Part shown: positions 37,736 through 55,390 of the stretch, one piece after another
How the letters are laid out: the number at the start of each line of letters is the position of its first letter
How positions within the stretch are numbered: the first letter of the stretch is position 1
From: the human T2T-CHM13v2.0 reference genome, Homo sapiens
Assembly: GCF_009914755.1 (NCBI RefSeq)
Contig: NC_060940.1
DNA length: 64,000 nucleotides
Strand: one strand, 5' to 3'
The notes under the pieces: model-generated
Databases searched by the model: none
What the model saw: the letters and a program-made list of their open reading frames with translations, nothing else
Told to the model about the DNA's origin: nothing
Position numbers and translations under genes: made by a program

Positions 37736-38364
37736 AGCAGTTGTCATCTATAACCCTAACCCTGTGTCACCCCTGCAGATGAGGCTTCAGTAGCTCACCA
37801 TTACCTCTACAGACATTCTAAATTCAAGTTAAATAACGCAGATGAAGGACTCAGGTGAGTCTGGGACTTTCTGTATCAGAATCGTCACAGATGCCTCAAA
37901 AAATCAGATTCCCGGACCCCGTTGGAGACATTCAGATCCTTGCAGACCCCTGCCAGGGAATTAATGAGTTCAGGTTCATTCCACATGCAGATTCTCGGGA
38001 CTCCCTCCAGGAAATTAAATTGAGATTCCCGGATTTAACCCCCTGGAAGGGGTCCCAAGAATTCACGTGTTGAACAAGTGTCTTTTCTCAGACATGCTGA
38101 AGGTAGGGATCTACAGAGTCACATTCATGCAAGGTCTGTGGCACAAGACCTGGCTCTGCCTGCATCTCTGGCTTCATCTCTCAACATTCATGCCCCCACC
38201 CTGTGCAGGTCCACCAACCCCGGCTACTCCACGTAACAGAAATGGCCTTTCCCTACTCCTTCTCTTGGCTTCTGCAACCAGCCTCCCAACCTTCACTCAG
38301 GTATCAAAGTGGCAAGCTTTTCTGGGTTCCGTGTCTATTCTGAGCTCCCAAGCCTCCTACAGTT

Positions 38365-38572
38365 GCACTTAACCAGGGATGATTGTGCTTTTCAAGGGAC
38401 ATGTGGCAATTCTGGGGATTTTAATTGTCATATTGGGGGGGTCACTACTGCCACCTACTGGGTAGAGGCTAGGAATGCTTAAACATCCTACAATGCGCAA
38501 GACAGCCCCCACCGCCCCCAACAAGAACTATCTGGCCCAAAATATCAGTGTAACTGAACTTGAAAAACTCTG
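38365..38572 (+). mobile_element. MER20 inside an L2 (~38100-38700)
   Basis: gggacatgtggcaat...gggtagaggctaggaatgcttaaacatcctacaatgcgcaagacagccccc...ttgaaaaactctg. Confidence 0.85.
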
Positions 38573-38943
38573 CTATAGTCTATTGTCATGTGAGTTCCTC
38601 GAAGGCAGGGAATGTGTAACACTCACCTGCATAACCTCAGATACCACATACAGAGCCTGACACACAGTATTTGGTAAATACTAGTGGAATGAATTATCCG
38701 TACCTTGCATCTGGCATTCAGGTGTGTTCATTTCTGCCCTATTTTATTCCAGAAAAGACGTGTAGATACTTAAAAAAACTTACTCAATGCAACAGGATAA
38801 AATCAGTGAAGGTATCGTAGAAGCAGCAGCTATGATGAAGCTATAGGTGGGTTGAGAGCAGTTATTAGGATTATTTTTATAGCCACAAGGTAGAGATAAG
38901 CTGAAATTTGACTCTGGGCTTCTGGTTGGCATCCATGCAATAA

Positions 38944-39396
<453 letters not shown>

Positions 39397-39419
39397 TAGT
39401 TGTTATAACTTCCTCTGAG

Positions 39420-39903
39420 TTCTTTTCCTCTTCCAGAACTCATTCTCTTTCTCTTTCCCATGTAATTTGATAGTTTCTTTCTATCTCTTAAGTTTGAGCT
39501 TGGCCACATGACTTGTTTTGGTGAATGAAATGATGATAGACATGATACAAGTAGGAGCTTTAGATGTGTTTGTGCAGCTGGATGTGAATTCCTGAATCTC
39601 TCCCATCACCATGAGAAGAGCATGCCCTGGCTAGCCCTCTGGTTCAAAGAAGGTAAAAAAATACCTGGAGTCAAGCTCATTCAACTTAACCCACAGACCT
39701 GTAGCCTACAGCAGAACCACACAGCTGAGCCCAGCCTAGCTCAGCACACCCCCTGCTGACCTGCAGTTGCATAAGCAAGCCCAGCTGGGTTCAGCCACCC
39801 CCCAGTCGCAGATGCATGAGCTAAATATATGTTCACTGTTGCATGCCACAGAGTTTGGGGAAGATTCACTATGCCCCATTATTGACAATGGGTAACCAAA
39901 ATA
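39420..39903 (+). mobile_element. MLT1I/H-like LTR
   Basis: ttggccacatgacttgttttgg...ccatgagaagagcatgccctggctagcc...agctgagcccagcctag...tgttgcatgccacagagttt. Confidence 0.7.
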
Positions 39904-40587
39904 TCTCCCAATAGCAAGTTAAAGAATTACGCCAAAGCGTGGCTAAATAAATAAATGAAAGCAATCTTTTGGGGGGCTAAGATAGACCAAATTATTCCAT
40001 GTTACTTAAGATTCCTCCCAAACTAAGTAGTAACTCCTTGGTGATAGATCATATTCTTCCACCAAGTGACCACCACTGAGCTGGGCACATAAGAATGCTT
40101 GATGCCAATGTGTCAATCAGTATTTGATTGGGAATATAGCCAACCCATTTCAAGAGAAATGCTGTGAACTAAAGTCAAAATGTTGGCAACACTGAACAAT
40201 CAATCGACTGAATTGGACAGTCAATAGATTCAGATGCTCTAAATGCCTTCCATTATATCAGATCTGCCAAAGGTCCAAAAACCAATGATGCAGTGGCAAA
40301 TTTCCTGGTCTCATCTCCCACGCAGCATCCACTCTCCCCCAGATGGTTGAGTTCTTTCTGGTCATCTTAGATCCCTCCAGAATGGATTTTTTTTACCTCT
40401 CATGCTTGCGCAAGGCTCAACTTCAATTCGAAGAAAGCCTTCCCATACTTCCTTTTATGAAATTACAAGCCTGGGATCCCTACCTTGTCTGCTCAGAAAT
40501 AAAACAGACTCAGCCCCATCTACACTTGAGTTAGAGTTGAGAGTTGCATACTCTCAACTCCTCATGTGGCTGAGTTGCTAAAGGTGT

Positions 40588-40967
40588 TGTATTAGTTCTT
40601 GCACTGCTATGAAGAAATATCTGAAGCTGGGAAATTTACAAAGAAAAGAGGTTTAATAGGCTCACGATTCCGCAGGCTGTACAGGAAGCATGGCTGGGGA
40701 GGTCTCAGGAAACTTACAATCATGGCAGAAGGCAGAGGAGAAGCAGGCATGTCTTACATCACCAGAGCAGAAGGAAGAGAGAGAAGAGGAAGGTGCTACA
40801 CACTTTTAAACAACCAGATCTCATGAGAACTCACTCACTATCACAAGAACAGCAAGGGAGAAATCTGCCCCCATGATCCAATCACCTCCCACCTGGCCCC
40901 TTTTTCAACACTGGGAATTACAATTCGACATGAGATTTAGGCAGGGACACAAATCCAAACCATGTCA
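40588..40967 (-). mobile_element. MSTA solo LTR inserted in a MIR
   Basis: tgtattagttcttgcactgctat...aggaaacttacaatcatggcagaagg...aaatccaaaccatgtca; TSD ggtgt / ggagt. Confidence 0.93.
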
Positions 40968-41200
40968 GGAGTGAACCATGGAGTCAAGCAGTCCTGGTTT
41001 CTATCACAGCTCTGCCACTTATATGCTGTGTGACCTTGGGAAAGCACTTAGCCTCTCTGAGCCTCGGTTGTTCTAACTATACAATGGACATAATATTTAC
41101 CTACTTTAAGACTGTTCTTAGGACTGAGAAAGGTAAGGTCTATAAAGTACTTAGCACAGCCCCTGACACGTAGTTGGTGCTTAATTAATGCTCTTATCAC
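40968..41200 (+). mobile_element. MIR
   Basis: ctctgccacttatatgctgtgtgaccttgggaaagcacttagcctctctgagcctcgg. Confidence 0.88.
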
Positions 41201-41492
41201 TTGATTTTGAATTCAGAGAGTAGACCCATCACAGCAGAGCTACAGTGGGGTGGAAAGGGGAGGTAACGGAGGTAACAGGACCCACTATGAGCACCTACTG
41301 TGTGCTAGCAGCTGTGCTAAGCACTTTAAATACACTCTCTCATTTAATCCTCACCACCACCTACTTTGTCACCATTGCTTCTATAACAGGACATCAAGTA
41401 GGAATTCTCCAGTTGTTCTGGATCAATGACTACAGCAGACAGTTGGTACCTAGCTCAGGGTGAGAGATCCCCAAGAGAAATTGCTCCAAAAG

Positions 41493-41629
41493 AGGGTGAT
41501 CACACATCCCCAGTTTGCCCTGCATGATCCCAATTTATACCTGTTGTCTTAACATATCTATTAATAACTTCTCATTCCCTTTCATACTCAGAACAGTCCA
41601 AATCTGAGCAACAAATTATATGGTCACCT
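41493..41629 (-). mobile_element. MER94 (hAT-Blackjack)
   Basis: TIRs agggtgatca...tggtcacct; internal cagtttgccc, tatacctgttgtc, aaattatatgg. Confidence 0.75.
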
Positions 41630-41669
41630 GTCATGGTCACCAGCCAATTATATGGTCACCTGCCATGGA

Positions 41670-42770
<1,101 letters not shown>

Positions 42771-43034
42771 CTAGTTCATGCTTGTACCCCATGGAGTTGA
42801 AACTTCTCCCCAAACTAATTACTGTCGTTTAATAGACACTTGGTGCTGAGTGCTTTACATATTTTCCTTTTAGGGAAAACTCTGAGACACATGGGCTCAG
42901 GGGAAATATTTGTTGACTTGGATGGAAAAGGCCCATCCTCAGCTTTTGTTTTGCCCTGTCCTGCTGTCTGTCTGTGTTAAGTTCAATGCCTGAGGCTTTG
43001 CCAACTTGTATTCCCTGTAAGGGCAGAAATTCAG

Positions 43035-43180
43035 CTCATGTAAACCTCACAGTAATCCTTATCCCCATCTAACAGAGATGGAAATGGAGACTCAAAGAGG
43101 TAAAGAAACTCACCCAAAGAACCACAGCTAAAACATTTAGCAGAGTAGGGATTTGAACCCAGGCCTGTCCACCTGCACAT
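43035..43180 (-). mobile_element. MIR
   Basis: atccccatctaacagagatggaaatggagactcaaagagg...ggatttgaacccagg. Confidence 0.8.
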
Positions 43181-43634
43181 CCCTTGCTTGTTTGCCTTAT
43201 TGAGCTGTCTCGTCAATTTCATCTTCGCCAGCCCCAATTCTCAGATGTCCCCTGGGCCTCCTCAATACCATGTTGCAGGCCATAGCCCCAGGCTGCTAAA
43301 TGGCACGCAGCCTCTGTGGGAGAAGACTCTAATTGTGCCTGACCACAAGGTCTGCAGGGAGTTAATAAATTATTCCAAGAGAATATTTGCACTGAAGGCC
43401 TTATTGACTGGAGTCCATTTCCTGAGTTGGCATAATTTTTTTTCTCCAGCAATTGTTATAAAGCAAGTGCAAGTCTTGAAACCTCAACTGTAGAATCTCT
43501 TGATTATCACCAAGTATATGGGCTTCCAAGCCTACCTACCTTCAAAGTCAAGGTCATCACAATGGGATAATCCCTCAGGCAAAAAGAAAGATGAGTTTTA
43601 GGGGTCTTCTGGTTTCCATAGAAAAGGCGCTCCA

Positions 43635-43946
43635 GGCCAGGTGCCATGACTCACGCCTATAGTCGCAGCACTTTGGGAGGCTGAGTCAGGAGGATGGTTT
43701 GAACCTGGGAGTTCGAGACCAGTGTGGGCAATATGGTGAGATCCCATCTCTGCAAATAATACAAAACAAAATTCGTAAGCATAGTGGCACACACCTGTAA
43801 TCTCAGCTATTCAGGAGACTGAGGTGGGAGGATAACTTGAGCCAGGAAAGTTGAGGCTGCAGTGAACTGAGATCACGCCATGGCACTCCAGCCTGGGCAG
43901 AGTGAGACCCTATCTCAAAAGAAAAAGAAAAAAGAAAGAAAGAAAA
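43635..43946 (+). mobile_element. AluJ
   Basis: Dimer; 15-bp TSD agaaaaggcgctcca / agaaaaggcactcca. Confidence 0.96.
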
Positions 43947-44054
43947 AGAAAAGGCACTCCAGTTCCATTCTATTCTTTATGGAACTATTCATAATTTACA
44001 GATTAATGTCACTTTTCTCCCTCCCACCCTCATCTTTCTCCCTAAGAAAACCAC

Positions 44055-44430
44055 GACTGATTTGTTGCAGTATTATAACACCCAATGAGTAGAAACAACC
44101 CAAATGTCCATCAATAGGGGAATGGTTGAATAAAGCATGATATAGCCACCCAGCAGAGTACTATGAAACATACTAAAAGAATGAGAAGGACCTCTACATC
44201 CCCAGTATGGAGGAGTTTCCAGTTCATTCAAATGAAATTAGCAAGGTTTCAGAAAAGAGTATGTTGTTTTGTATAAGGAAGTGAAAGGGATTAGAATATA
44301 TATTTGCTTATATTAGCGAAATAAAATAATAAAAGGCTAAAACCACAAAAAAAAAGTTTCCTTTGGTGGAGAGAGAAGAAGAAGGGTAATAGGAATGAAA
44401 ATGGGACTTCTCTAAGGCTGAGAAGAGGGG
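44055..44430 (+). mobile_element. L1ME/MC-type fragment
   Basis: gaaacaacccaaatgtccatcaataggggaatggttgaataaa. Confidence 0.7.
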
Positions 44431-44444
44431 AGAACCAAGAAAGA

Positions 44445-44935
44445 GGAGTGTGGGAGTGCTTTGTTCTGCCAGGTGCAGTCAATAGGTGCCTTGTCTGTAA
44501 AGAATTTAAAAAACAGTAATACAATCAACTATTAAATGCAATTTGGTATCTAAATCAAATTTTGGATCCAGGAAAAAAGGACATTGGTGGAAAAACTGAT
44601 GAAATTTGAGTAAAGTCTATAGTTAATAGCATTATATTAATATTAATTTCTTTTGACAAATGTACCATGGTGATGTAAGATGCTAACATTAGGGGGAACT
44701 GGATGAAGGGTAACTACAAGAATTATCTGTGCTATTTTTGCAACTTCTGCAAATCTAAAATTATTCCAAAACAACGTGATTTCTAAAAATATATGAATTT
44801 CATACACGAGTATTATGACATGAACAAAAAGCAATTAAAGGTCATCCATTTTTATTATTACTGGCAATTCTAAACAATATTGGTGATAGAACTCTCCCAC
44901 TCCTCCAACCAGGGCAACTAACCACTCTGTACCTA
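44445..44935 (+). mobile_element. Arthur1/MER69-like hAT-Tip100 fossil split by an L1ME1-like 3' end (~44530-44790)
   Basis: ttgtctgtaaagaatttaaaaaacagtaata...ggcaattctaaacaatattggtgata; L1 part aaaggacattggtggaaaaactg...aaatctaaaattattccaaaa. Confidence 0.55.
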
Positions 44936-45103
44936 CTCTGAGGATGGCTTTTTTATTTAGTTATTAGTTTGGAACAATGTTAATGTTCTGTAAAGACAAA
45001 TATAAAACAAAATTTGAAAACAAAAACAGAAAGAGCCACAATATTGGGCATGAATAACCCAAATCTGAGCACTGTCACCACGTGCTCCTCTCAAATTCAG
45101 GGT

Positions 45104-45241
45104 TTTAATTTTTTATTCTTTATTACAGACAGGATCTCCCTATGTTGCCCAGCCTAGCCTTGAACTCCTGAGTTCAAATGATCCTCCTGTCTCGGCCTCC
45201 CAAAGTGCTGAGATTACAGGAATGAACCACCAGGCCTGGCC
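45104..45241 (-). mobile_element. FLAM_C
   Basis: Monomer; TSD tcaaattcagg / tcaagttcagg. Confidence 0.9.
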
Positions 45242-46097
45242 TCAAGTTCAGGTTTGAGCAGCTCTCACCAAAATCCCACTGCAGTAAAATTCACAGTGGG
45301 CTTCAAATTCAGGTCCATCTGAGTCCAGATCCCAAAAGCTTTCTGACAGATCTTCTTGAGGGTGACAAAACAGAAATAAAAGATCAGAATGGGAACTTGC
45401 AGTTCCTCTTCTGTCCTTTATAGAAGTGTCAACGGGGATGCAAAGATTTCATTATCAACGGGACTGGCACTGTGCCCTTCTATCAGGCGTCTGCTCTCAC
45501 AGGGAAATCAACTTGGCACAGCCTCAAGCATTGAACCTAACACTGAGAGGCAGCCGGGCAGAGCAGAAAGAAAGCTGAAGACAGGCCCTTTCCATCCAAG
45601 TCAACAAATATTTCCTTTGAGTACGTGTACCTCAGGGTTTTTCCCAAAAAGAAAAATCCCTCTTCATATAAACCCCCTAGAAAGAAGTCATTGCTGCCTC
45701 AAATGCATGTATTCAGCTGCAAGGCTTCTATTGCTACATGCTTTCTGATTATAGCCACCATTTCTAAGCCCTGCAGGTGTTTGCCCATCTTGGATCCTTT
45801 GAAACAGCTCCTTCCCCTGCCCCATTTGCTTCCAGATATCTGCACGGCTCAGCCCCTCCATTTATTTGGGCGTTTGCTCAAAGCCACCTTTTCAGAGAGG
45901 CCTTCACTCACCACCCTATCAAAACCGGGTCACACCTCCCATCTCTCTCCATTCTCTATACCTACTTTATCTCCTTAATGCTCACTATCTCTTAACATTT
46001 ATTCATGTGTTGACTTGTCTTCCCTCTCTGAAAGCTCCATAAAAGCAGGGTCTGTTGCATCTCCAGAGCCTACTATTTTTTTTCGGTGTAAACAGTA

Positions 46098-46965
<868 letters not shown>

Positions 46966-47166
46966 TGTCCCAGAATCACAGCAATAATAAATTAGTCTTA
47001 ATGCATTAAGTTTTGGGGTGGTTTAATAGGCAGAAATCGATCACTGAAACATTCTGTCTAATAAGTACTGTTTCCTTGATTTCAGGATGCTTTTGATGGA
47101 GTAATGAGCGTCAATTAAATGCACACATCAAATGAAAAACACATCACGATTTTAGAAACCTACTTA

Positions 47167-49615
<2,449 letters not shown>

Positions 49616-49839
49616 TCTGTTTACTATATGCCTTGACATGAAGAATATAGGTACCAGATGACGTATCTATGCACTCCAAGCTCTGTGTCTCACATTTATT
49701 TCAATCACATGTAGATAACAGCAAGAATCTTTAGACAACTCAGATTGCATCTGGCTTATCACCTGGTTTGTCCCTAAATTTATCGTTTCTACAGAGTGAG
49801 CAGACATGTCCCTCTTTCTCTCTCTCTCCCTCTCAGGGC

Positions 49840-50540
49840 ATATTTCAATAACGTTCTCTTTTTGATGAAGTCACACAAGACGCAGAAGCAGTCCTAAAAC
49901 TCAATTTATGGAAGTCAGTTGAGACCAGACTTTGGATTGAACCTCCCAAACCTGCCTAATTAATGACACACATTATGGCCCCTGCTCCCCTAACTGAATG
50001 CAGCCTCCAAACCTTGACGTGTTTTCCCAACAATAAAATGCAGTAAATGAATGAGTGTCCTGAGGGACCGTGGCAGGAATAAAGGGAAAGCCATGAAAGA
50101 TAGATGATGTCTCAACTAATTTTATGATTTATCGATCTCCACTTTGCTCATTTTGCAATGCGGGAGAGCTCATTTTTCTGCCAGGCCCACAGTGGTGTCA
50201 CCCTTGCTAATAGATATGATTACCATCCCCAAAACTGTGTTTGTGAAAATAAGAAGTGTGGCTTCTCTGCTGCTGCTGACCTCAGCAGTTTTCTTTTATT
50301 ATGTGCTGGATCCGCTAAGAAGCAAAATTGATGTACTTATCCGGGGACTCTGTTGGACGGGCACAAGCATTTTCCTCATTTTTCTTCCAAACAAGTTCAT
50401 CTTTAAGCAAGTACAGATTCATGGTTTAAATTACGGCATTGACACATCATCTGTTTTCAGTGTGTGTATTCTTACAAGGAGGATCTTTTATGTGATCAGA
50501 GAGAGGAAGAGAGGGGATAGAGGTGTCACCCACGTGCCAA
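49840..50540. promoter_or_regulatory. Repeat-free block dense in homeodomain/TALE/T-box motifs; candidate enhancer
   Basis: TAATTTTATGATTTATCGAT 50117-50136, TTTATGG, CAATAAAA, TGACA, AGGTGTCA 50521-50528. Confidence 0.35.
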
Positions 50541-50685
50541 GTTGAGTTTAAAGATATACATGTTAGGACACAATACAGGCTGCTTTGGATGGTTCACCAA
50601 CTGCATTCAGCAAATATTGATTGGGCACAGGTATTGTGCTAAGCATGCCGGGGGTATTCAGTCATTTAATAAATATTTATTGGCA

Positions 50686-50999
50686 GGCCAGGCACAGTGG
50701 CTCACACCTGTAATCCCAGCACTTTGGGAGGCCAAGGCTGGCAGATCACGTGGTCAGGAGATCAAGACCAACCTGGCTAACACGGGGAAACCCCATTTCT
50801 ACTAAAAATACAAAAAGTAGCCAGGCATACAAAAATAAAAAAAGGTGCACGTGCCTATAGTCCCAGCTACTTGGGAGGCTGAAGCAGGAGAATCACTTGA
50901 ACTCAGGAGGCAGAGGTTGCAGTGAGCCGAGATCGCGTCACTGGGCGACAGAGCAAGACTCCGTCTCAAAAATACATACATACATACACACATACATGC
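50686..50999 (+). mobile_element. AluSc/Y-type in an antisense L2 tail
   Basis: Dimer with (ATAC)n tail; TSD atatttattgg. Confidence 0.94.
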
Positions 51000-51136
51000 A
51001 TATTTATTGGTGATTTCATATATATAGCTGGAATTATAGAGCAAAATAGGCAATGTCTCTTTTATCATAGAAACTATGTCCTGATTAGAAAAGATGGAAA
51101 GTTCAAAATAATAATTATGAAGTGCATAAAATAGGG

Positions 51137-51555
51137 TGTGTTAGTCAACTATGCCACAGCAGTGCTGGGTAGCATACAGCCAGTAACTCCACAACAGCAA
51201 GCATGTGTACCTCATTTATGCAACTATGGTTTGTCCTGGGTTTGGCTGATCTAGGCTGGGCTTGGCTCCAGGCCACATGTTTAGTTCATGTCTGTTCCTT
51301 GCATCTCTCACTCTTCTGGGACCAACAGGTTACCCAGGGCATGTTACCCTCATGGCCATGGAAGAACTAAAGTAGGTGAGCCCAACCACTCTATCACATT
51401 TCAAATCTCTGTTCACTTCTACCCACTAATATCCTGTTGGCCAAAACGAGTCATATGGCCAAGCCCAAAATCATGTGGTAGGGAAGTAAATACCATCCAC
51501 AATTGGAGCGGGGAGGCCATCAACACTTGCTGGGCAATAATCCAAACTGTTATGC
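51137..51555 (-). mobile_element. MLT1I-like LTR
   Basis: ctaggctgggcttggctccagg...ttggccaaaacgagtcatatggccaagccca. Confidence 0.7.
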
Positions 51556-52985
51556 AGAATGATGTGATAAAAGGGATCAGAGAGAAGTGCTGTGAGGAAT
51601 GGGGATGAGTTCACTGGGATGATGTCAGAGAGGCAGGCGAGGGCCAGATCTTGCTGAGCTACGGAAAGAAATGGCACATTTGATTTGTGATTTCAAATAA
51701 TCCCTTTCACTGCTATGGGAAAACTGGATTGTAAGTGGCACGAGAGCAGATGCAGGGAGTCCCAGCAGGTCGGACACTGGTTCAGTGTTCTAGGTGGGTG
51801 GTGATAGAAGGTGTGCACTTGAATAGTGGCAATGGAGATGAAGGCAAGCGCTAGACTGAGAAACAGAAGCAAATGGACAGGGTACCAAAGTGGATAACAT
51901 GTGGTCCCTGACCTTAAAGAGCTAATAACCTACTTGATGAGAAAAAGATGTACAGACACAGCCATGGTTTGGAGAGATATGTTTTTAAAATAAGGCCATA
52001 CACAAAATACTAAAAAAAAAAAAAAAAATCCAAAAAAGAGCTGTGAACTTTGTCTGAGAGTATCTGGATAATTTCAGGGAGGAGGTGATATTTGAGGTGG
52101 ACTTCCAATGTGTCATGTCAAATAGCACCAAGCTGATAAGCAAGAACCATCTTAATCAGATTGACTGGGTGCCACAAAGCCACACCTATGATGGACACAC
52201 AGGAAAGTCTAGCAGCCAAGCAGAGGGAGGATGACTTTCCACAAAGACAAGTATTTGTGCTGTAAGACTACATGCTTTGACCCATCTGCAAAATGGGTGC
52301 ATCTGCAAGAAGGAGGCCACCAGGCAATAGGCTGGGGGCCAGGTAGGTACTTCTTGAGTAGTGTCACACACTATTCAAGGAGATCTGTGACTCAGTATAC
52401 CCAAGAGAACCTCCAATTTGCCGCCATTCTGCCAAAGGGATGCTAGAGGTTTGAGGAAAGCAGTCTGGCAAAGATAAATCCTCAGAATTGAAAGACCTAA
52501 AAGCACAGAACCATCCGTGTCCCCAACTAACTCGGTGATTTCTTTGCTCTTCAGTTTCCACAAAAATAAAATATTATTTATATAACATATGCAGATATAT
52601 GCACCAAGATACAAGGCATGCCATAGACTCTCAAATATTTGTTGAACAGATAAAGGAACATTTAACACAACATTTTTATAATTGTAAAAACTTTGAGACT
52701 ACCCAAAGGCCTTTAGTAGGCCAATAATTAAATAAACACTGGTATATTCATATCTTGGACTATTACGTAGCTATGCAAAATTTTCTCATTAGAAAAATTC
52801 ATTATTAATATGTGGGAAAAACGTGGAAAACACGGAAAGATGCAAGAATAAAATAAAACACATCCCCTAGAGATAACCTCTATTAATATTTTGTAGTCTC
52901 TGCTTCCATCCTGTGTGGTACTTTTGTAGTGCATGGGCATTGTGTACCTATGTGTTTTTAGCTAACATAAATGAAATTATATTAA

Positions 52986-53327
<342 letters not shown>

Positions 53328-54236
53328 TACAGTGTTTTTCTATATAAATTTTTACAAAGAGGTTTAGCAATGTAAAAAAATTGCATTGATTTTATAAGAA
53401 TGGAAACATGGAATACAAAATCATGTATCTGGCATGAGTTTAAGTACGTAAGTATTTCGTATAGACAGACATGTGTGTTTTGTATACGTCTGTATGAATG
53501 ACCGTAAGAAAATATACCCAAGGTTAGTAATGATTGTCTTGGGGTTGTGGGATTATTATGGGCTGTCATTTCATCACTTATATTTTTCTGCATCTTCTTT
53601 ATAACATAAAATAAGCATGTATTACTACTGCAATAAGTAAAAAGAGAAATGTTTTTTGAACAGGAGCAATGAATTTGAAAGAATCCAAGGACGAGTGTAT
53701 TAACCAACTGTGATATCTACGACTGTGGTTTCACAAATTAGGGGCATACTTGCAGCGCCAGGCTCACCTCGACCTCCTAGAGTTATGCCTCCTCCTCAGG
53801 CCAGGCCTTAGAGGTCATGAGACAGGCTGAGGAAAGAGAGGTCCAGGCCAGCATCCATGGAATCTGTCCCATTAGCTCAGAGACAACAAAAAGGGGACAG
53901 ATCCAGAGGGTGGGGGGACTGGCAATGCAGGACACAGGAAAAGCTAGACTAAAAGATCCCGGGCACCGGGAGATCAAAGGGCCAAAGCGAGCAGCAGCCA
54001 GCCCTCAGACCAAAGACTCCCCAACACGCCCCACACAGCAGGAATTCAAGAAATTCCAAAGCCTAACTCTGAGGATGTGCTCAAACCCTCACATTATTGA
54101 CCATGATGGCAAGAAAAGTCTTCAGTATCATTTTCGTTATAGAAGTTAGCGGAGAAGCAGGCAGTGGAAACCCACCATGGTGATCAGACAGGGCCCTTTG
54201 TTTGCATGAGCTTAATTATTGACTTAGAAAACTTGA

Positions 54237-54565
<329 letters not shown>

Positions 54566-54632
54566 AGAAAGACCAATTCTTTCACCATGGCATTCAAGGC
54601 TTCCCTGGGTCTGTCTCCATCAACCAACCTAC

Positions 54633-54635
<3 letters not shown>

Positions 54636-54675
<40 letters not shown>
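54636..54675. repeat. (CA)20 microsatellite
   Basis: Directly visible. Confidence 0.97.
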
Positions 54676-54676
<1 letters not shown>

Positions 54677-55194
54677 CTATTGTCCATACCTGCCAAGACT
54701 TTGTTCATCCTGTTTCCTCTGCCTGGAAGGCCTTTCTCTCATTTCCACGTATCTAAATTCTTTACAACTCCAAAGTCCTCTTCTTAAAAAGCCTTTGGAA
54801 AAAACTATTGAGTGAATAAAGCAAGGGTCTGCTCCAGTCCTGTCTGAGTGAATCAGACAGGTCTGCTCCAGTCCAGGCCCCTCTCCTTACTGGCTGTGTG
54901 ACGTTGGACACGTTCAATCGTCCTTCTGATACCAATTTTCTAATTAGTAAAATTAGCTTCTAATTGAAGCTGCCTCCAAGGCTTTCTGTAAGAATTAAAG
55001 GAGAAAATTATTTCAGATATCTATTTAAAAGTAGCCGAATTTATGTCAATAAATGGCAACAAATATAAATTTTATATCCTCTTTCCTAGTATCAGTTCCC
55101 CACTTCATTTTCTAGGTGGCATTTTGCCTACGGGTTCACCATCTTCTGTCCAAGTTTACTTTTATGCCTCCTGGAGTCAAAGGCAACTGCCGCC

Positions 55195-55390
55195 TCTGAG
55201 TTTAGACACAATTGGGTTGCATCTTAGCTCTGGTACCTTCTAGCTGTGTGTTTTTGAACAAATCATCACACCTCTCAGAGCCTCAGCTTCCCCATGTGAA
55301 AAATGGGTTTAATGTTTCACGTTGGGGAGTTGAGTGAGTCAATGTACATTAAGCTCTTGGAACGGGGCCTGGCACACAGCCCTAGAAGGG
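55195..55390 (+). mobile_element. MIR
   Basis: ctagctgtgtgtttttgaacaaatcatcacacctctcagagcctcagcttccccatgtgaaaaatggg. Confidence 0.8.

Noticed and set aside
50144-50545. 133-aa hydrophobic ORF as a membrane protein
   Set aside because: Non-ATG start, and the hydrophobicity follows from T-rich composition; better read as non-coding.
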